Shown here one piece after another: positions 38,663 to 48,366 of a stretch of DNA of 64,000 nt. The translations under genes were made by a program, and so were the position numbers. The stretch's first letter is position 1, and each line of letters opens with the position of its first letter. Origin of the DNA: Patescibacteria group bacterium (GTDB lineage Bacteria > Patescibacteriota > Minisyncoccia > UBA6257 > JAAZHW01); assembly GCA_026415775.1 (NCBI GenBank), contig JAOAGL010000001.1, positions 206,233-270,232 on the forward strand, given 5' to 3'. The notes under the pieces are model-generated. The model did not search any database. It was not told the DNA's origin and saw nothing but the letters and a program-made list of their open reading frames with translations.

Positions 38663-41600
38663 ATGAATCACATATTATCAAAATACAAGCTTTTCTTATT
38701 AATCGGTCTATCTATTTTTCTTCAATTATTAGTCACCTATAACTTTACAAACATTAGCCAAGCAGCAATATCAAGGGGTTGCGCAACCTATGATGAATGT
38801 ACGACAAGGCAGGATTGTGAAGCAATCGGTGGAGTGTGGATTGTTACTGGGCCAGGTGGTATGGTTCAACCTGGTGTAATTATTGAAGAAGAGGGTTATT
38901 GTGTGCCACCAGGCGGAACTTCTCCCACACCAACATCAACAAAAACTCCAACACCAACAGCAACTCCTACTTCCACTTTAACGCCAACCCCAACTTCAAC
39001 TACAACTCAGACTCCGACGCCAACTTCCACTCCCACCCCCACTCCAACTCCAACAGGATGCGGAAGTTATACGACCATGGGGGATTGTGAGGCGGATGAA
39101 AATTGCGAATGGGTATTTTTATATGCAGATCCAAACGGATTAGAAGGTTATTGTAAAGATGCGGAACCGCCTCCGCCGGGATGTCTGCCAAGTTCTTTAA
39201 CTTATTCTAATTATAATGCCAATTTTACTTATCGCAGTGAATGTTACAATGTTATTAATCAAATTGGGAGCTCCAATATAATTAAAAGTTTTACTACCTC
39301 TCCAGAGTTTTTGAATTTTTATTCTTCTGGCTTGCCTGCTTTTAAAACAGGTGATTGTCCAGGTTCAAGCTTAAAAACTCAAGTTTGTTTTTATCCTGAC
39401 CCAGATAATTCTGCTTTTCGGCCAGCTTGGTTTTTTAAAAAAGCTTCTTCTTATACTTTTCAGAATAGTTGTGTGAATTGTACGATGGGAGGTGTAATGT
39501 CTGATAAAAATATAAGCGTGTATAATACTTCTTTATACAATGTACCTTGTGGCCCTTCTTATTCTACAGCCCCAGCCATTTCTTTAACTGCGACTGAAAA
39601 TACTGCTTCGGCACAATACAGACATTCGGTAAGCATCAATAAAGGCAAATGGGAAGGATATTCTATTAATGATGCGAAAAAGACTTTGATTTATGATTTT
39701 TCAATAGATAAAACCAAAATTTCTCTTGGCGATTCAGTGACTTTACATTGGAAAATAATAAATGGACCGGGTTATAGTTCAACTGGTGGTGGTTCAACTG
39801 GTGGAGGTGGATCCTTTCCTCCTGGCGAACCTCGTACACGACAAGAAGACCCTAATGCGCCGCCACCGGGTTGGGATGGAGGCGGAGGATTCCTTTATCC
39901 ATTGAAACAATTCAGTTTGGAGACGGTTAAAAATACTATTGCTCAATTATTTGGTATTTCTAAAAAAGCCGAAGCTTTAGAAAATTATCCTACCGAAGCA
40001 GAATGTTTGGCTCATGGTTGTGATTGGGTTTATGGCGCTTATAATCCGTGGGATCCTAATGCCCCAGCAGGTTGTATTTGTCCTTTAAATACTCAAATTG
40101 TGGTTCCGTCGCCTTCTACTCCTCCTTTGATTGCTTTGTTTATCGGCAATGCCACTTGTCAAAAAACTCCCCAGGAATCAGTTAATTGTCCTTTTCAGCC
40201 AAATCAAATTTATCCCTTAGTTACTTCTGTAAGCAATATTGAACCGACTAATTCTTTTTCGGTTAAAAATATCTTTCAAAAACTTTTTGGTTTAATTTCT
40301 CCAACTCAAGCGCAAACTGTTAGCGTCTTTGAAAAAACTTATGAAGGAACCCTAACTCTTTATCCTCAATCGCCAACCAATTTTTATTTGATTACTTATG
40401 GAATTATTGGGGAGGGTCCGGGATATATTTTATCCGAGCCAGTTCAAGTTGATATTGCCACTTATAATCCTTGGGTTGATTTGAAAGTTCAGAAATCACC
40501 AGGTCATGAATTTGTTGATGGTCCGGTCTGGATTAATAGTGGCGATGATGTTGTTCTCAAATGGAGTTCTAACGATGTTGATAGTTGTACAGCCAGCGCT
40601 AGCCCAACCAACAATCAATGGAAAGGAAACGTTTTATTACAAAACGAGGGATTGACTATCTCTGATATTGTTACCTCAACTACCTTTATGATTTCATGCC
40701 ATGGTTTGAATGGTTCAACAGTAAATGATTCAATAACGGTGACAATTGGGAAAACCGCATGGGTTAATTTAAGCGCTGATATAAATGGTTCTTTGAATGA
40801 TGGACCCGTGACTATTACTCAAGGGAAAAATTTAACTTTAACTTGGACTTCTGCTAACGTCACGAGTTGTTCTGCGAGCAGCGCACCTTTAAATTCTAGT
40901 TGGAATGGAAATGTGGCTACATCTGGTACTAAATTAATTACAAATCTTCAAGAATCAACAGATTTTATAATCACTTGCGACAAAGGAGCTTCGGACCATG
41001 TGATGGTCAATGTGGTTCCACAGACAGCAACGGTTAACATAGTGGTGAGATTAAATGGAGAGGCGCTTAATAATGCTGCTGTAAATTATGTATTAACCGG
41101 TCCAACAACCATTCAAGGAAGTAAATCAGGAGCTTTCAACATTGCTATTTCTTCTGCTTTGGGCGATTCCTATACCTTAACTTATCTTTCTGGTGGTCCA
41201 GAAGGTGCTAGTTTTGTTGGTTCAGAATCTCAATCTAGAATCATAAAACCGGGCGATGAGGTAACGTTCTATTTTGATTTTTCAACGCAAGATTTGTGTC
41301 ATATTGATGTTTCGGCCTTGTATAACGGACAGCCATGGAGTGGTAAATTATCCTACCTCTTAATAGGCCCGACTATTTTGACAGGTAATACAGTGCCTTA
41401 TACATTCCCTGCTGTACCGCCGGGTGTTTACTATATCTCTTATATTAGTGGTGGACCCGATAATTTTTTGGGTGTGGAATTAAAAAATGCTTTAACTTGC
41501 CCAGCGAAAGGTTCAATTACTTTTGGTTTGAAATTCGGAACTTCGCCGACGCCAACGCCGATTATACCGCCAGCTGAAATAGGCGATAACCCACCAACGG

Positions 41601-42181
41601 CCAAAATCGGCTGCGTGGCTGATGATATGATTAATTGTAGCGGTACCATTGATGGTGATTCTAATACTCCAACTATTACTTTGTACAATGCTTCCATTGA
41701 TCCAGACGGAGATATAAAAACTTGTCAATGGGCAGTAGCAGAAAATCCGTCCTTAAACAAAACCAGTTGTTCGCCGTTAATAATTGGTGATACGATTGGC
41801 AATTATAGTGTAACGTTGACGGTTATTGATTCCAAAGGACATTCTAGTCAGACATCAATTGTTGCCAAAGTGAAAGATGTGACGGAGTTAACGCCAAAAT
41901 TTGTTTGGGATCCTTATGTTCCGATTGTTAACAAGGAAACAAGATTTTTTGACAGGTCATTAACGCCGAAGGGCACATCATTGAAGACATGGAATTGGAG
42001 TTTTGAAGGGGCAAATATTGCTACTTCAACAGAGCCCAATCCAACCGTTATCTTTACAAGCATTGGTCCGAAAAAGGTTACTTTAACTGTTAAAAATTCA
42101 GCTAACGAAACAAAAACAATTACTCAAACAATCGATGTCCGAGCGGCAGCGCCAGAGTGGAAAGAGGTAATTCCTAGATAA
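38663..42181 (+). CDS. Large secreted cell-surface protein (1172 aa) with Cys-rich modules, a Thr/Pro linker, tandem Ig-like repeats and C-terminal PKD-like domains
   Basis: There is an N-terminal signal peptide. Two 4-Cys modules (CATYDECTTRQDCEAIGG...YC and CGSYTTMGDCEADENCEW...YC) flank a TPTPTS linker. A Gly-rich GGGSTGGGGS linker follows. Two ~95-aa tandem repeats each carry a conserved Cys pair, and PKD-like segments (KFVWDPYVPIVNKETRFFD...) lie near the C-terminus. Confidence 0.7.
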   Translation: MNHILSKYKLFLLIGLSIFLQLLVTYNFTNISQAAISRGCATYDECTTRQDCEAIGGVWIVTGPGGMVQPGVIIEEEGYCVPPGGTSPTPTSTKTPTPTATPTSTLTPTPTSTTTQTPTPTSTPTPTPTPTGCGSYTTMGDCEADENCEWVFLYADPNGLEGYCKDAEPPPPGCLPSSLTYSNYNANFTYRSECYNVINQIGSSNIIKSFTTSPEFLNFYSSGLPAFKTGDCPGSSLKTQVCFYPDPDNSAFRPAWFFKKASSYTFQNSCVNCTMGGVMSDKNISVYNTSLYNVPCGPSYSTAPAISLTATENTASAQYRHSVSINKGKWEGYSINDAKKTLIYDFSIDKTKISLGDSVTLHWKIINGPGYSSTGGGSTGGGGSFPPGEPRTRQEDPNAPPPGWDGGGGFLYPLKQFSLETVKNTIAQLFGISKKAEALENYPTEAECLAHGCDWVYGAYNPWDPNAPAGCICPLNTQIVVPSPSTPPLIALFIGNATCQKTPQESVNCPFQPNQIYPLVTSVSNIEPTNSFSVKNIFQKLFGLISPTQAQTVSVFEKTYEGTLTLYPQSPTNFYLITYGIIGEGPGYILSEPVQVDIATYNPWVDLKVQKSPGHEFVDGPVWINSGDDVVLKWSSNDVDSCTASASPTNNQWKGNVLLQNEGLTISDIVTSTTFMISCHGLNGSTVNDSITVTIGKTAWVNLSADINGSLNDGPVTITQGKNLTLTWTSANVTSCSASSAPLNSSWNGNVATSGTKLITNLQESTDFIITCDKGASDHVMVNVVPQTATVNIVVRLNGEALNNAAVNYVLTGPTTIQGSKSGAFNIAISSALGDSYTLTYLSGGPEGASFVGSESQSRIIKPGDEVTFYFDFSTQDLCHIDVSALYNGQPWSGKLSYLLIGPTILTGNTVPYTFPAVPPGVYYISYISGGPDNFLGVELKNALTCPAKGSITFGLKFGTSPTPTPIIPPAEIGDNPPTAKIGCVADDMINCSGTIDGDSNTPTITLYNASIDPDGDIKTCQWAVAENPSLNKTSCSPLIIGDTIGNYSVTLTVIDSKGHSSQTSIVAKVKDVTELTPKFVWDPYVPIVNKETRFFDRSLTPKGTSLKTWNWSFEGANIATSTEPNPTVIFTSIGPKKVTLTVKNSANETKTITQTIDVRAAAPEWKEVIPR
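38920..39060 (+). repeat. Low-complexity Thr/Pro-rich linker inside the surface-protein gene: (ACN CCN)n, encoding TSPTPTSTKTPTPTATPTSTLTPTPTSTTTQTPTPTSTPTPTPTPT
   Basis: The nucleotide periodicity is visible directly. It accounts for the spurious antisense ORFs at 38899-39191. Confidence 0.7.
40475..41035 (+). repeat. Two tandem ~95-aa Ig-like intragenic repeats, with approximate boundaries at 40475-40762 and 40763-41035
   Basis: VDLKVQKSPGHEFVDGPVWINSGDDVVLKWSSNDVDSCTASASPTNNQWKGNVLL... aligns with VNLSADINGSLNDGPVTITQGKNLTLTWTSANVTSCSASSAPLNSSWNGNVAT.... Confidence 0.5.
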
Positions 42182-42196
42182 AAAATTCATTAAATT

Positions 42197-43444
42197 ATGT
42201 CTAATTATCAGGAAGAAATTGCTAAAATTCTTCGTTGTTCTCCTAATGTCATTTTTGATTTGGAGGGTAGAATGAATGATTGTGCAGGTAAAAGTGGTAT
42301 TTTGGAAGAGCTATGGAGAGAAAATAATCAAATAATAGAGAATAGGATTAAACGATTAGGCATCAATAATTTAAGCGCGGAAAAGATTTTTACATCGTTG
42401 ATTAACAAAATTTCTAAAGCTGATAAAATTTTTGTTCAGCGATTGGGAAATATATCATTAACACAGGTTGCTGATTGTCAGCGAGTTTTAGATTTTCTTT
42501 ATACGCATCTCCCGCCGCTGAAGGGATTTTTTATTAAAAAAGAAAAAGCGAAGGAGTTACTAATAAAAGAACCACCCCAAAAAATTTTATCCTATTTGGG
42601 CTATAACGATGTTAAAGAGATGATAGACAAAGAGGATTTAGATGAAATTTTTGCTGCATTGCGTTTTGTTGAGGACAACCAGTGGCTTAATCAAGTGTTT
42701 TTTAAACAATATGAGGATTTAAAATCCGAGGATTTTGAGAGTAGAGAAGTAAAATTAAAAGCTTTGTCTATTAAATGGAAGGGAGCGGCAGAAAAATTTG
42801 TAATTAAAAAATATCATAATATCAGTCATCTTAAAGAATTTGGTGTAGTTTTTGTTATCCCAGTGGTCTTGAATATTCCAGGCGAAGTTTTGCGAATGAT
42901 TTCTTTGATTTTACACTATTATTACGAAGTAAAATTTTATTCTGATATTTTTCGTCAATATAGTAAAGATAATGATTTTGCGCAAAAGTTAATAACAATT
43001 TTGAAGGGGGATTTGGGCGGGCAACTGGATAGAAGGGCAAAATGTCAGTGGTTAATTATTCAGCAATATTTGGCAAAAGACAATGAAAATGACCCACGAC
43101 TTTTTGTTCCGCATGTTAATCCTGAAGCCGTTCATTGGTATAAAGCCGAAAATGATATGGCAAAATTTGGACAATGGCTTGAGGGCATTGAGGAGGATTT
43201 TAGTTTTTGGGAAGGGATTAGTTGGGTTGGGAAATATTTTTTAAATCAGGAAGGAAAAGAAGAATTGGTAAGTTTTGATTTGATTGATAACACCATGTCG
43301 TTAGTTAAAGAAAAAGAAAGAATAAAGTATTTGTATCATCAGCAGGAGGCATTGTGGAACGAAATTTTTGCCCGTTATTTTAGTCACGAAGAATTAGAGA
43401 AAAAAATTAAAGAAAATTTAATTAAAGGCACCATTGATTTATGA
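42197..43444 (+). CDS. Hypothetical protein of 415 aa with no recognisable family, starting 15 nt after the surface-protein gene
   Basis: Long ORF with coding-like composition and no TM helix. Its stop overlaps the next gene's start (ATGA). Confidence 0.5.
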   Translation: MSNYQEEIAKILRCSPNVIFDLEGRMNDCAGKSGILEELWRENNQIIENRIKRLGINNLSAEKIFTSLINKISKADKIFVQRLGNISLTQVADCQRVLDFLYTHLPPLKGFFIKKEKAKELLIKEPPQKILSYLGYNDVKEMIDKEDLDEIFAALRFVEDNQWLNQVFFKQYEDLKSEDFESREVKLKALSIKWKGAAEKFVIKKYHNISHLKEFGVVFVIPVVLNIPGEVLRMISLILHYYYEVKFYSDIFRQYSKDNDFAQKLITILKGDLGGQLDRRAKCQWLIIQQYLAKDNENDPRLFVPHVNPEAVHWYKAENDMAKFGQWLEGIEEDFSFWEGISWVGKYFLNQEGKEELVSFDLIDNTMSLVKEKERIKYLYHQQEALWNEIFARYFSHEELEKKIKENLIKGTIDL

Positions 43445-43698
43445 ATAATATTTTTAAAAATTTTTATCAGCCGATGACGTGCAAACAAGCACTAAAAACA
43501 TTTTTGGCTTATATTGCGCTTTTATTAGCCCAGTTTTTGATTGAATATTGTTTTATGATTTTGGCTATTTTTTATTCGCCGAGGTTAAGTTATTGGTTTG
43601 CGAGTAAATTTAATCTAAAAATATTTTTATTTTTTAGCGGCATAATTAGTTTGCTATTAGTTTTTGAAGCATTAAAAGAGGGAAGAAGAGAAAGATAA
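43441..43698 (+). CDS. Small 85-aa membrane protein with 2 TM helices
   Basis: Two hydrophobic helices. Its start overlaps the previous gene's stop. Confidence 0.4.
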   Translation: MNNIFKNFYQPMTCKQALKTFLAYIALLLAQFLIEYCFMILAIFYSPRLSYWFASKFNLKIFLFFSGIISLLLVFEALKEGRRER

Positions 43699-43746
43699 AA
43701 TTATTTTATTGACGAAAACGATTTTTTTTGTTAAAATGCTACCACT

Positions 43747-44403
43747 ATGCAATTAAAAGCAATACTTCGAAACGTCAAAAAAAGCCCAAAATATTATTTA
43801 AAAAACGGTTTTGTGCCGGCTGTTTTATATGGTAAGGGAATTGAAAATGTTCACTTGGCCGTTCCCAAGGGAGAATTTGAAGATGTATTTAATGAAGCTG
43901 GGGAAACAGATATTGTTGATTTAATTATTGAAGATGACAAGAAAAAGCATCCAGTCTTAATTTATGATGTTCAATATCATTATATTAATCATCAGCCCAT
44001 TCATATAGATTTTTATCAGATTCGTCGCGATCAAAAAATTAAGACGCATATCCCAGTTGAATATATTGGTGAGTCGCCAGCCGTAAAGAATTTTGGCGGT
44101 ATTTTGGTTAAAAATGTAAATGAAATTGAAGTAGAGGCATTGCCCCAAGATTTACCGCATAATATTCCAGTGGATGTTTCTAAGTTAGAAACTATTGATT
44201 CCAAAATTTTAATAAAAGACTTGATGGTTTCGGAAAAGGTAAAAATATTAGCTGCGCCAGATACAGTAGTGGCGGCAGTGGTGGCGCCAAAAGAAGAAGA
44301 AGTTGTGGCCGCGCCTTCAATAACAGAAATTAAGATTGAAACCGAAGAGAAAAAAGCAGAACGTGTTCAAGCAGAAAAGCAATCTGATGAAAAATCAGAA
44401 TAA
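43747..44403 (+). CDS. rplY: 50S ribosomal protein L25, general stress protein Ctc form
   Basis: MQLKAILR...YYLKNGFVPAVLYGKG...IHIDFYQI. Confidence 0.85.
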   Translation: MQLKAILRNVKKSPKYYLKNGFVPAVLYGKGIENVHLAVPKGEFEDVFNEAGETDIVDLIIEDDKKKHPVLIYDVQYHYINHQPIHIDFYQIRRDQKIKTHIPVEYIGESPAVKNFGGILVKNVNEIEVEALPQDLPHNIPVDVSKLETIDSKILIKDLMVSEKVKILAAPDTVVAAVVAPKEEEVVAAPSITEIKIETEEKKAERVQAEKQSDEKSE

Positions 44404-44408
44404 ATTTA

Positions 44409-45875
44409 ATGAGTAAAAACCTAGACAAACCAAAAATCGTAGTCGATGTTTTGACCAAGGGGAAAAATTCTGTTTTTGATAAATTACCTGATCCCTTAGG
44501 AAGATCATTTTCTCGGCTTTACCGTTTACCCAAAATTATTCGGCATTTTTTTATTGCTGGATTAATTATTTTAGTTTTTTCCATTAATACCATTCCAACT
44601 CTAATAGCTCCAATCGCTTTATCTTACGAGGATATTAGTGAAAGACAAGCATTAGAAAAACAACTTCAGGAGCTTGAAGCGCAAATTGATGAATATCAAG
44701 GAAACATTGCTGTTCTTCAAAAACAAGCAAATAGTTTAAGTCAAACAATTAAACTATTGGACGCTCAAATTAATAAATTAAACCTTCAAATTAAAGCCAC
44801 TAATTTGCAGTTGCAAAAATTAGATAGTGAAATCGGCACCATCAAAGTTAATGTTACAAAAACACAGAAAGATATTGATGAGACTCAAGATATGCTCGTA
44901 TATGCTTTAAAAAGAATTTATGAAGAAGGCCAGAAAACTTTATTGGTAGTTTTTTTGAGTGAAAACACTTTATCCGATGCCTTCACGGCTGTCAATGATT
45001 TAACCAGTTTACAAACTCAGATTAAAAACAATCTGGAACAACTGGTAAATTTAAAAACGGCGCTAGTGGAACAAAAAGAGAATTTAACTAATGAAAGAGA
45101 GGAGGTTTTAAGATTAAAATCATTACAAGAAGTGCAAAAAAGACAATTAGAAGCAACTAAAAAAGAGAAAGATGATTTGATGAGGATAACCAAAGGCCAA
45201 GAAAGCAGATATCAGGAATTGTTGAAAAAAACTCAACAAACCGCTTCACAAATCAGAAGCAGGATTTTTAGTTTGTTAGGCGGAGGTGAATTAAGTTTTG
45301 AAGATGCTTATAAATTAGCAAAATTTGCTGGCGATCAAACGAGGGTGCGACCAGCTCTGCTTTTAGCCGTTTTGGATAGAGAATCAGCTTTTGGTAGAAA
45401 TGTTGGACGTTGCAATTGGAAAACAGCAATGCACCCAACAAGAGATCAACCAATTTTTCTTCAAATTGTTCAGGAATTGGGCATTAGTCCTGATAGTGTT
45501 TATGTTTCGTGCGCTAATTCTGATGGTGCTTATGGAGGAGCAATGGGACCAGCGCAATTCATTCCTTCCACTTGGTGGCAATACAAAAATAGAATAGCAG
45601 CGATAACAGGAAATAATCCACCGTCTCCATGGAGAAATGTAGACGCATTTGTGGCGATGGCCTTGCTTCTTAAAGATTTAGGAGCAGACAAACAAACTTA
45701 TGCTGCGGAACGAGAAGCCGCTGCTCGTTATTATGCTGGTAGTCGTTGGAGAAGTTTTCTTTACAGTTATGGTCAATGGGTAGTGGAAAAAGCCCAAAAA
45801 TATGAGGCAGATATTCGTAATTCTAATTTGGGAATTTTTAAACTAGATAAAGAATTAGCAATGATAAGAAATTAA
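44409..45875 (+). CDS. Membrane-anchored lytic transglycosylase (MltB-like) with a long coiled-coil region
   Basis: There is an N-terminal TM helix and a ~200-aa heptad-rich coiled coil. The C-terminus LLLAVLDRESAFGRN...GAMGPAQFIPSTW matches the MltB family signature GAMGQ.QFMPS. Confidence 0.65.
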   Translation: MSKNLDKPKIVVDVLTKGKNSVFDKLPDPLGRSFSRLYRLPKIIRHFFIAGLIILVFSINTIPTLIAPIALSYEDISERQALEKQLQELEAQIDEYQGNIAVLQKQANSLSQTIKLLDAQINKLNLQIKATNLQLQKLDSEIGTIKVNVTKTQKDIDETQDMLVYALKRIYEEGQKTLLVVFLSENTLSDAFTAVNDLTSLQTQIKNNLEQLVNLKTALVEQKENLTNEREEVLRLKSLQEVQKRQLEATKKEKDDLMRITKGQESRYQELLKKTQQTASQIRSRIFSLLGGGELSFEDAYKLAKFAGDQTRVRPALLLAVLDRESAFGRNVGRCNWKTAMHPTRDQPIFLQIVQELGISPDSVYVSCANSDGAYGGAMGPAQFIPSTWWQYKNRIAAITGNNPPSPWRNVDAFVAMALLLKDLGADKQTYAAEREAAARYYAGSRWRSFLYSYGQWVVEKAQKYEADIRNSNLGIFKLDKELAMIRN

Positions 45876-45898
45876 AAAAGCTCGTTGAAGAGCTTTTT
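45875..45898. terminator. Bidirectional terminator between the MltB-like gene and the convergent RF1-like gene
   Basis: aaaaaGCTC-gttgaa-GAGCttttt. Confidence 0.65.
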
Positions 45899-46631
45899 AA
45901 TTATTTTTTTCCTGATAAATTTTGAAAATATTATCTAATTCACCATCCATAATTTTTTCCAAATTATGGAAATTTTTCTTATAGCGATGATCTGTCAAAC
46001 GATCTTGCGGGAAATTATAAGTTTTGATTTTTTCAGAACGATCAGCACGGCCAATTTGTTGGCGTCTTTCTTCGGAAAGTTTTCCTTGGTCAGCCGTCCA
46101 TTTAGCCTCATATAATTTTGTTTTCAACATCTCAATAGCTTTTTCTCTATTTTTGAATTGAGACCTTTCGCTTTGACAGGAAACAATTACTCCGCTTGGT
46201 TTATGTAGAATACGGACAGCGGTTTCAACTTTATTAACATTTTGTCCGCCTGGCCCTGATGATCGGAAAAAACTAATTTCTAAATCTTCTGGTTTAATAT
46301 CAACTTTTACATCTTTTGGTTTATATAAAACTGCTACAGAGGCGGTAGAAGTATGAACGCGGCCGGATTTTTCTGTTTCGGGAATGCGTTGAACGCGATG
46401 AACACCAGCTTCGTTTTTAAATATTTCCACTCCTTCACCAGTAATTTCCAAAACCGCCTCCTTAATTCCTTTTAACGAACTATAACTGATATCCAAAAGA
46501 GTTGTTTGCCAGTTTTTTTTCTGGGCATATTTTTGATACATTCTTAATAATTCAGCAGCAAAAAGAGCGGCTTCTTCGCCGCCAACACCAGCTCTTATTT
46601 CTAAAATTATAGAATTAACCTCTTGAGACAT
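45897..46631 (-). CDS. prfA: Peptide chain release factor 1-like protein lacking the N-terminal domain 1
   Basis: 244 aa. GVHRVQRIPETE has PET in the PxT position. RSSGPGGQNVNKVETAVRILHKPSGVIVSCQSERSQFKNREKA is the GGQ motif. Its N-terminus, IILEIRAGVGGEEAALFAAEL, aligns to roughly residue 110 of E. coli RF1. Only 6 nt separate it from rpmE, so there is no room for a domain-1 exon. Confidence 0.85.
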   Translation of the reverse strand: MSQEVNSIILEIRAGVGGEEAALFAAELLRMYQKYAQKKNWQTTLLDISYSSLKGIKEAVLEITGEGVEIFKNEAGVHRVQRIPETEKSGRVHTSTASVAVLYKPKDVKVDIKPEDLEISFFRSSGPGGQNVNKVETAVRILHKPSGVIVSCQSERSQFKNREKAIEMLKTKLYEAKWTADQGKLSEERRQQIGRADRSEKIKTYNFPQDRLTDHRYKKNFHNLEKIMDGELDNIFKIYQEKNN

Positions 46632-46637
46632 AAAAAA

Positions 46638-46925
46638 TTATTTTTCGGATTTTTCTTTTCGTTTGCTCTCTTTTTTTACTCTTTTGGTTTTTTTAACGCC
46701 TTTCCCTTCTTTTTCTAATATGGTTTTCTTTTCCAAGCGTTTCTTAAATTTATCAACGCGGCCGGCTGTATCAATAATTTTTTCTTTGCCAGTGTAAAAG
46801 GGGTGGCATTTTGAACAGATTTCTACTTCGATTTCTGGAACTGTGGCGCCGATTTCAAATGTATTTCCGCAAACACATTTGACTTTAGCATTAGGATAAT
46901 ATTTTGGATGAATTTCTTTTTTCAT
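46638..46925 (-). CDS. rpmE: 50S ribosomal protein L31 (Zn-ribbon form) with a Lys-rich C-terminal extension
   Basis: [10 protein letters not shown]...[10 protein letters not shown]...[10 protein letters not shown]. Confidence 0.9.
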   Translation of the reverse strand: MKKEIHPKYYPNAKVKCVCGNTFEIGATVPEIEVEICSKCHPFYTGKEKIIDTAGRVDKFKKRLEKKTILEKEGKGVKKTKRVKKESKRKEKSEK

Positions 46926-47019
46926 ATATAGCTATTTTATAAGAAAAAAACAAAAAAGCAAGTGTTTTAATAATTCTAAAACTTGCATTTTCTAAAAATT
47001 TCAATAGAATGTTATTATT

Positions 47020-47724
47020 ATGATTACGACCGTTCAAAATCATTTAAACCAACAAGATTTGGAAAAAGAAAGAATTTTGAAAGAAATGGCTGAGGCAAAA
47101 GTTTGTTTTGGGCACAGCGCTTCGCGTTTGCATCCGCGAATGAAACCATTTGTTGCGGGTGTAAAGAATACCCAAACAATTATTAATTTAGAAAAGACTT
47201 ACGACTATTTGATTAAAGCCAGAGAACTTTTCAGTTCTTTAAAAAAAGAAGGAAAAACAATTTTATTTGTTAATACCAACCCAGCTACTAATGATATCAC
47301 TGAGGCAGCGGCCACAAAGACTAGCAACCCGTTTATTACTAATCGTTGGATAGGAGGATTTTTAACAAATTTTCCTGTTATTTCCAAACGCATCGCTTAT
47401 TTCAATGAATTGAAAAAAAAGAAAGAATCGGGAGAGTTGGAAAAGTACACTAAAAAGGAGCAGTTGAAATTTGAGGAAGAACTGGAAGAACTAGAAGAAT
47501 TATTTGCGGGTGTAAAAAATTGTCAGAAATTGCCAGATGCGATTTTTGTTATTGACGCCAAAATTCATCAATACGCTGTTAAAGAGGCTCAACGCATTGG
47601 AATTCCAATTATTGCTTTGGTGAATACCGATAATGACCCAACGGGAATCGTTTGTCCGATTCCAGCTAGTGACCTTCATCGAAGCAGTGTGGAATATATC
47701 ACAAATTTCATTATTAACGATTAA
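47020..47724 (+). CDS. rpsB: 30S ribosomal protein S2
   Basis: GHSASRLHPRMKPFVAGVKNTQTIINLEKT...FVNTNP...NRWIGGFLTN. Confidence 0.93.
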   Translation: MITTVQNHLNQQDLEKERILKEMAEAKVCFGHSASRLHPRMKPFVAGVKNTQTIINLEKTYDYLIKARELFSSLKKEGKTILFVNTNPATNDITEAAATKTSNPFITNRWIGGFLTNFPVISKRIAYFNELKKKKESGELEKYTKKEQLKFEEELEELEELFAGVKNCQKLPDAIFVIDAKIHQYAVKEAQRIGIPIIALVNTDNDPTGIVCPIPASDLHRSSVEYITNFIIND

Positions 47725-47781
47725 AATTTTATTGTTTATAATATAGAATAAAGTCGTTTTTTTGATAATAAAATTTCAATT

Positions 47782-48363
47782 ATGGATTTAAAACAAGTAA
47801 AAGAATTACGTGATTTAACTGGCGCATCCATTATGGATTGTCGCAATGCTTTAGAAGAGGCGAAGGGGGATTTTAATAAAGCGCAGGAGATTTTAAAGAA
47901 AAAAGGTTTAGCTATTGCGGCAAAAAAAGAAAGTCGCGAAACAAAAGCCGGTTTAATTGAAGCCTACATCCACGCTAATGGTAAAATTGGTGTTTTAATT
48001 GATTTGCGTTGTGAAACTGATTTTGTGGCTAAAAATCCTTTATTTAAGGAATTAGCTCATGATTTAGCTTTACAAATTGCTGCTATGTCTCCGTTGTACG
48101 TTAGCGAGAGTGATATTCCGGAGGAATTATTAAACAAAGAGAAAGAATCCTATTTAGCAGAATTTAAAAACAGCAACAAACCAGAGAAAGTTATTAATCA
48201 AATTATTGAGGGAAAATTACAAAAGTGGTATCAGGAAATTTGTTTAATTCACCAGCCATTCATTAAAAATCAGGATCAAAAAGTAGAAGATGTGGTGAAG
48301 GAATATATCGCTAAAATAGGGGAAAACATTAAGATACATCGATTTGTCAGATTTGAAATCTAA
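47782..48363 (+). CDS. tsf: Elongation factor Ts, short form
   Basis: LRDLTGASIMDCRNALEEAKGDFNKAQEILKKKG...CETDFVAKN. It is part of the rpsB-tsf pair. Confidence 0.9.
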   Translation: MDLKQVKELRDLTGASIMDCRNALEEAKGDFNKAQEILKKKGLAIAAKKESRETKAGLIEAYIHANGKIGVLIDLRCETDFVAKNPLFKELAHDLALQIAAMSPLYVSESDIPEELLNKEKESYLAEFKNSNKPEKVINQIIEGKLQKWYQEICLIHQPFIKNQDQKVEDVVKEYIAKIGENIKIHRFVRFEI

Positions 48364-48366
48364 TAT

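Noticed and set aside
38899-39191. Two small ORFs at 38899-39090 (+) and 39000-39191 (-)
   Set aside because: They are artefacts of the Thr/Pro codon-repeat tract inside the surface-protein gene.
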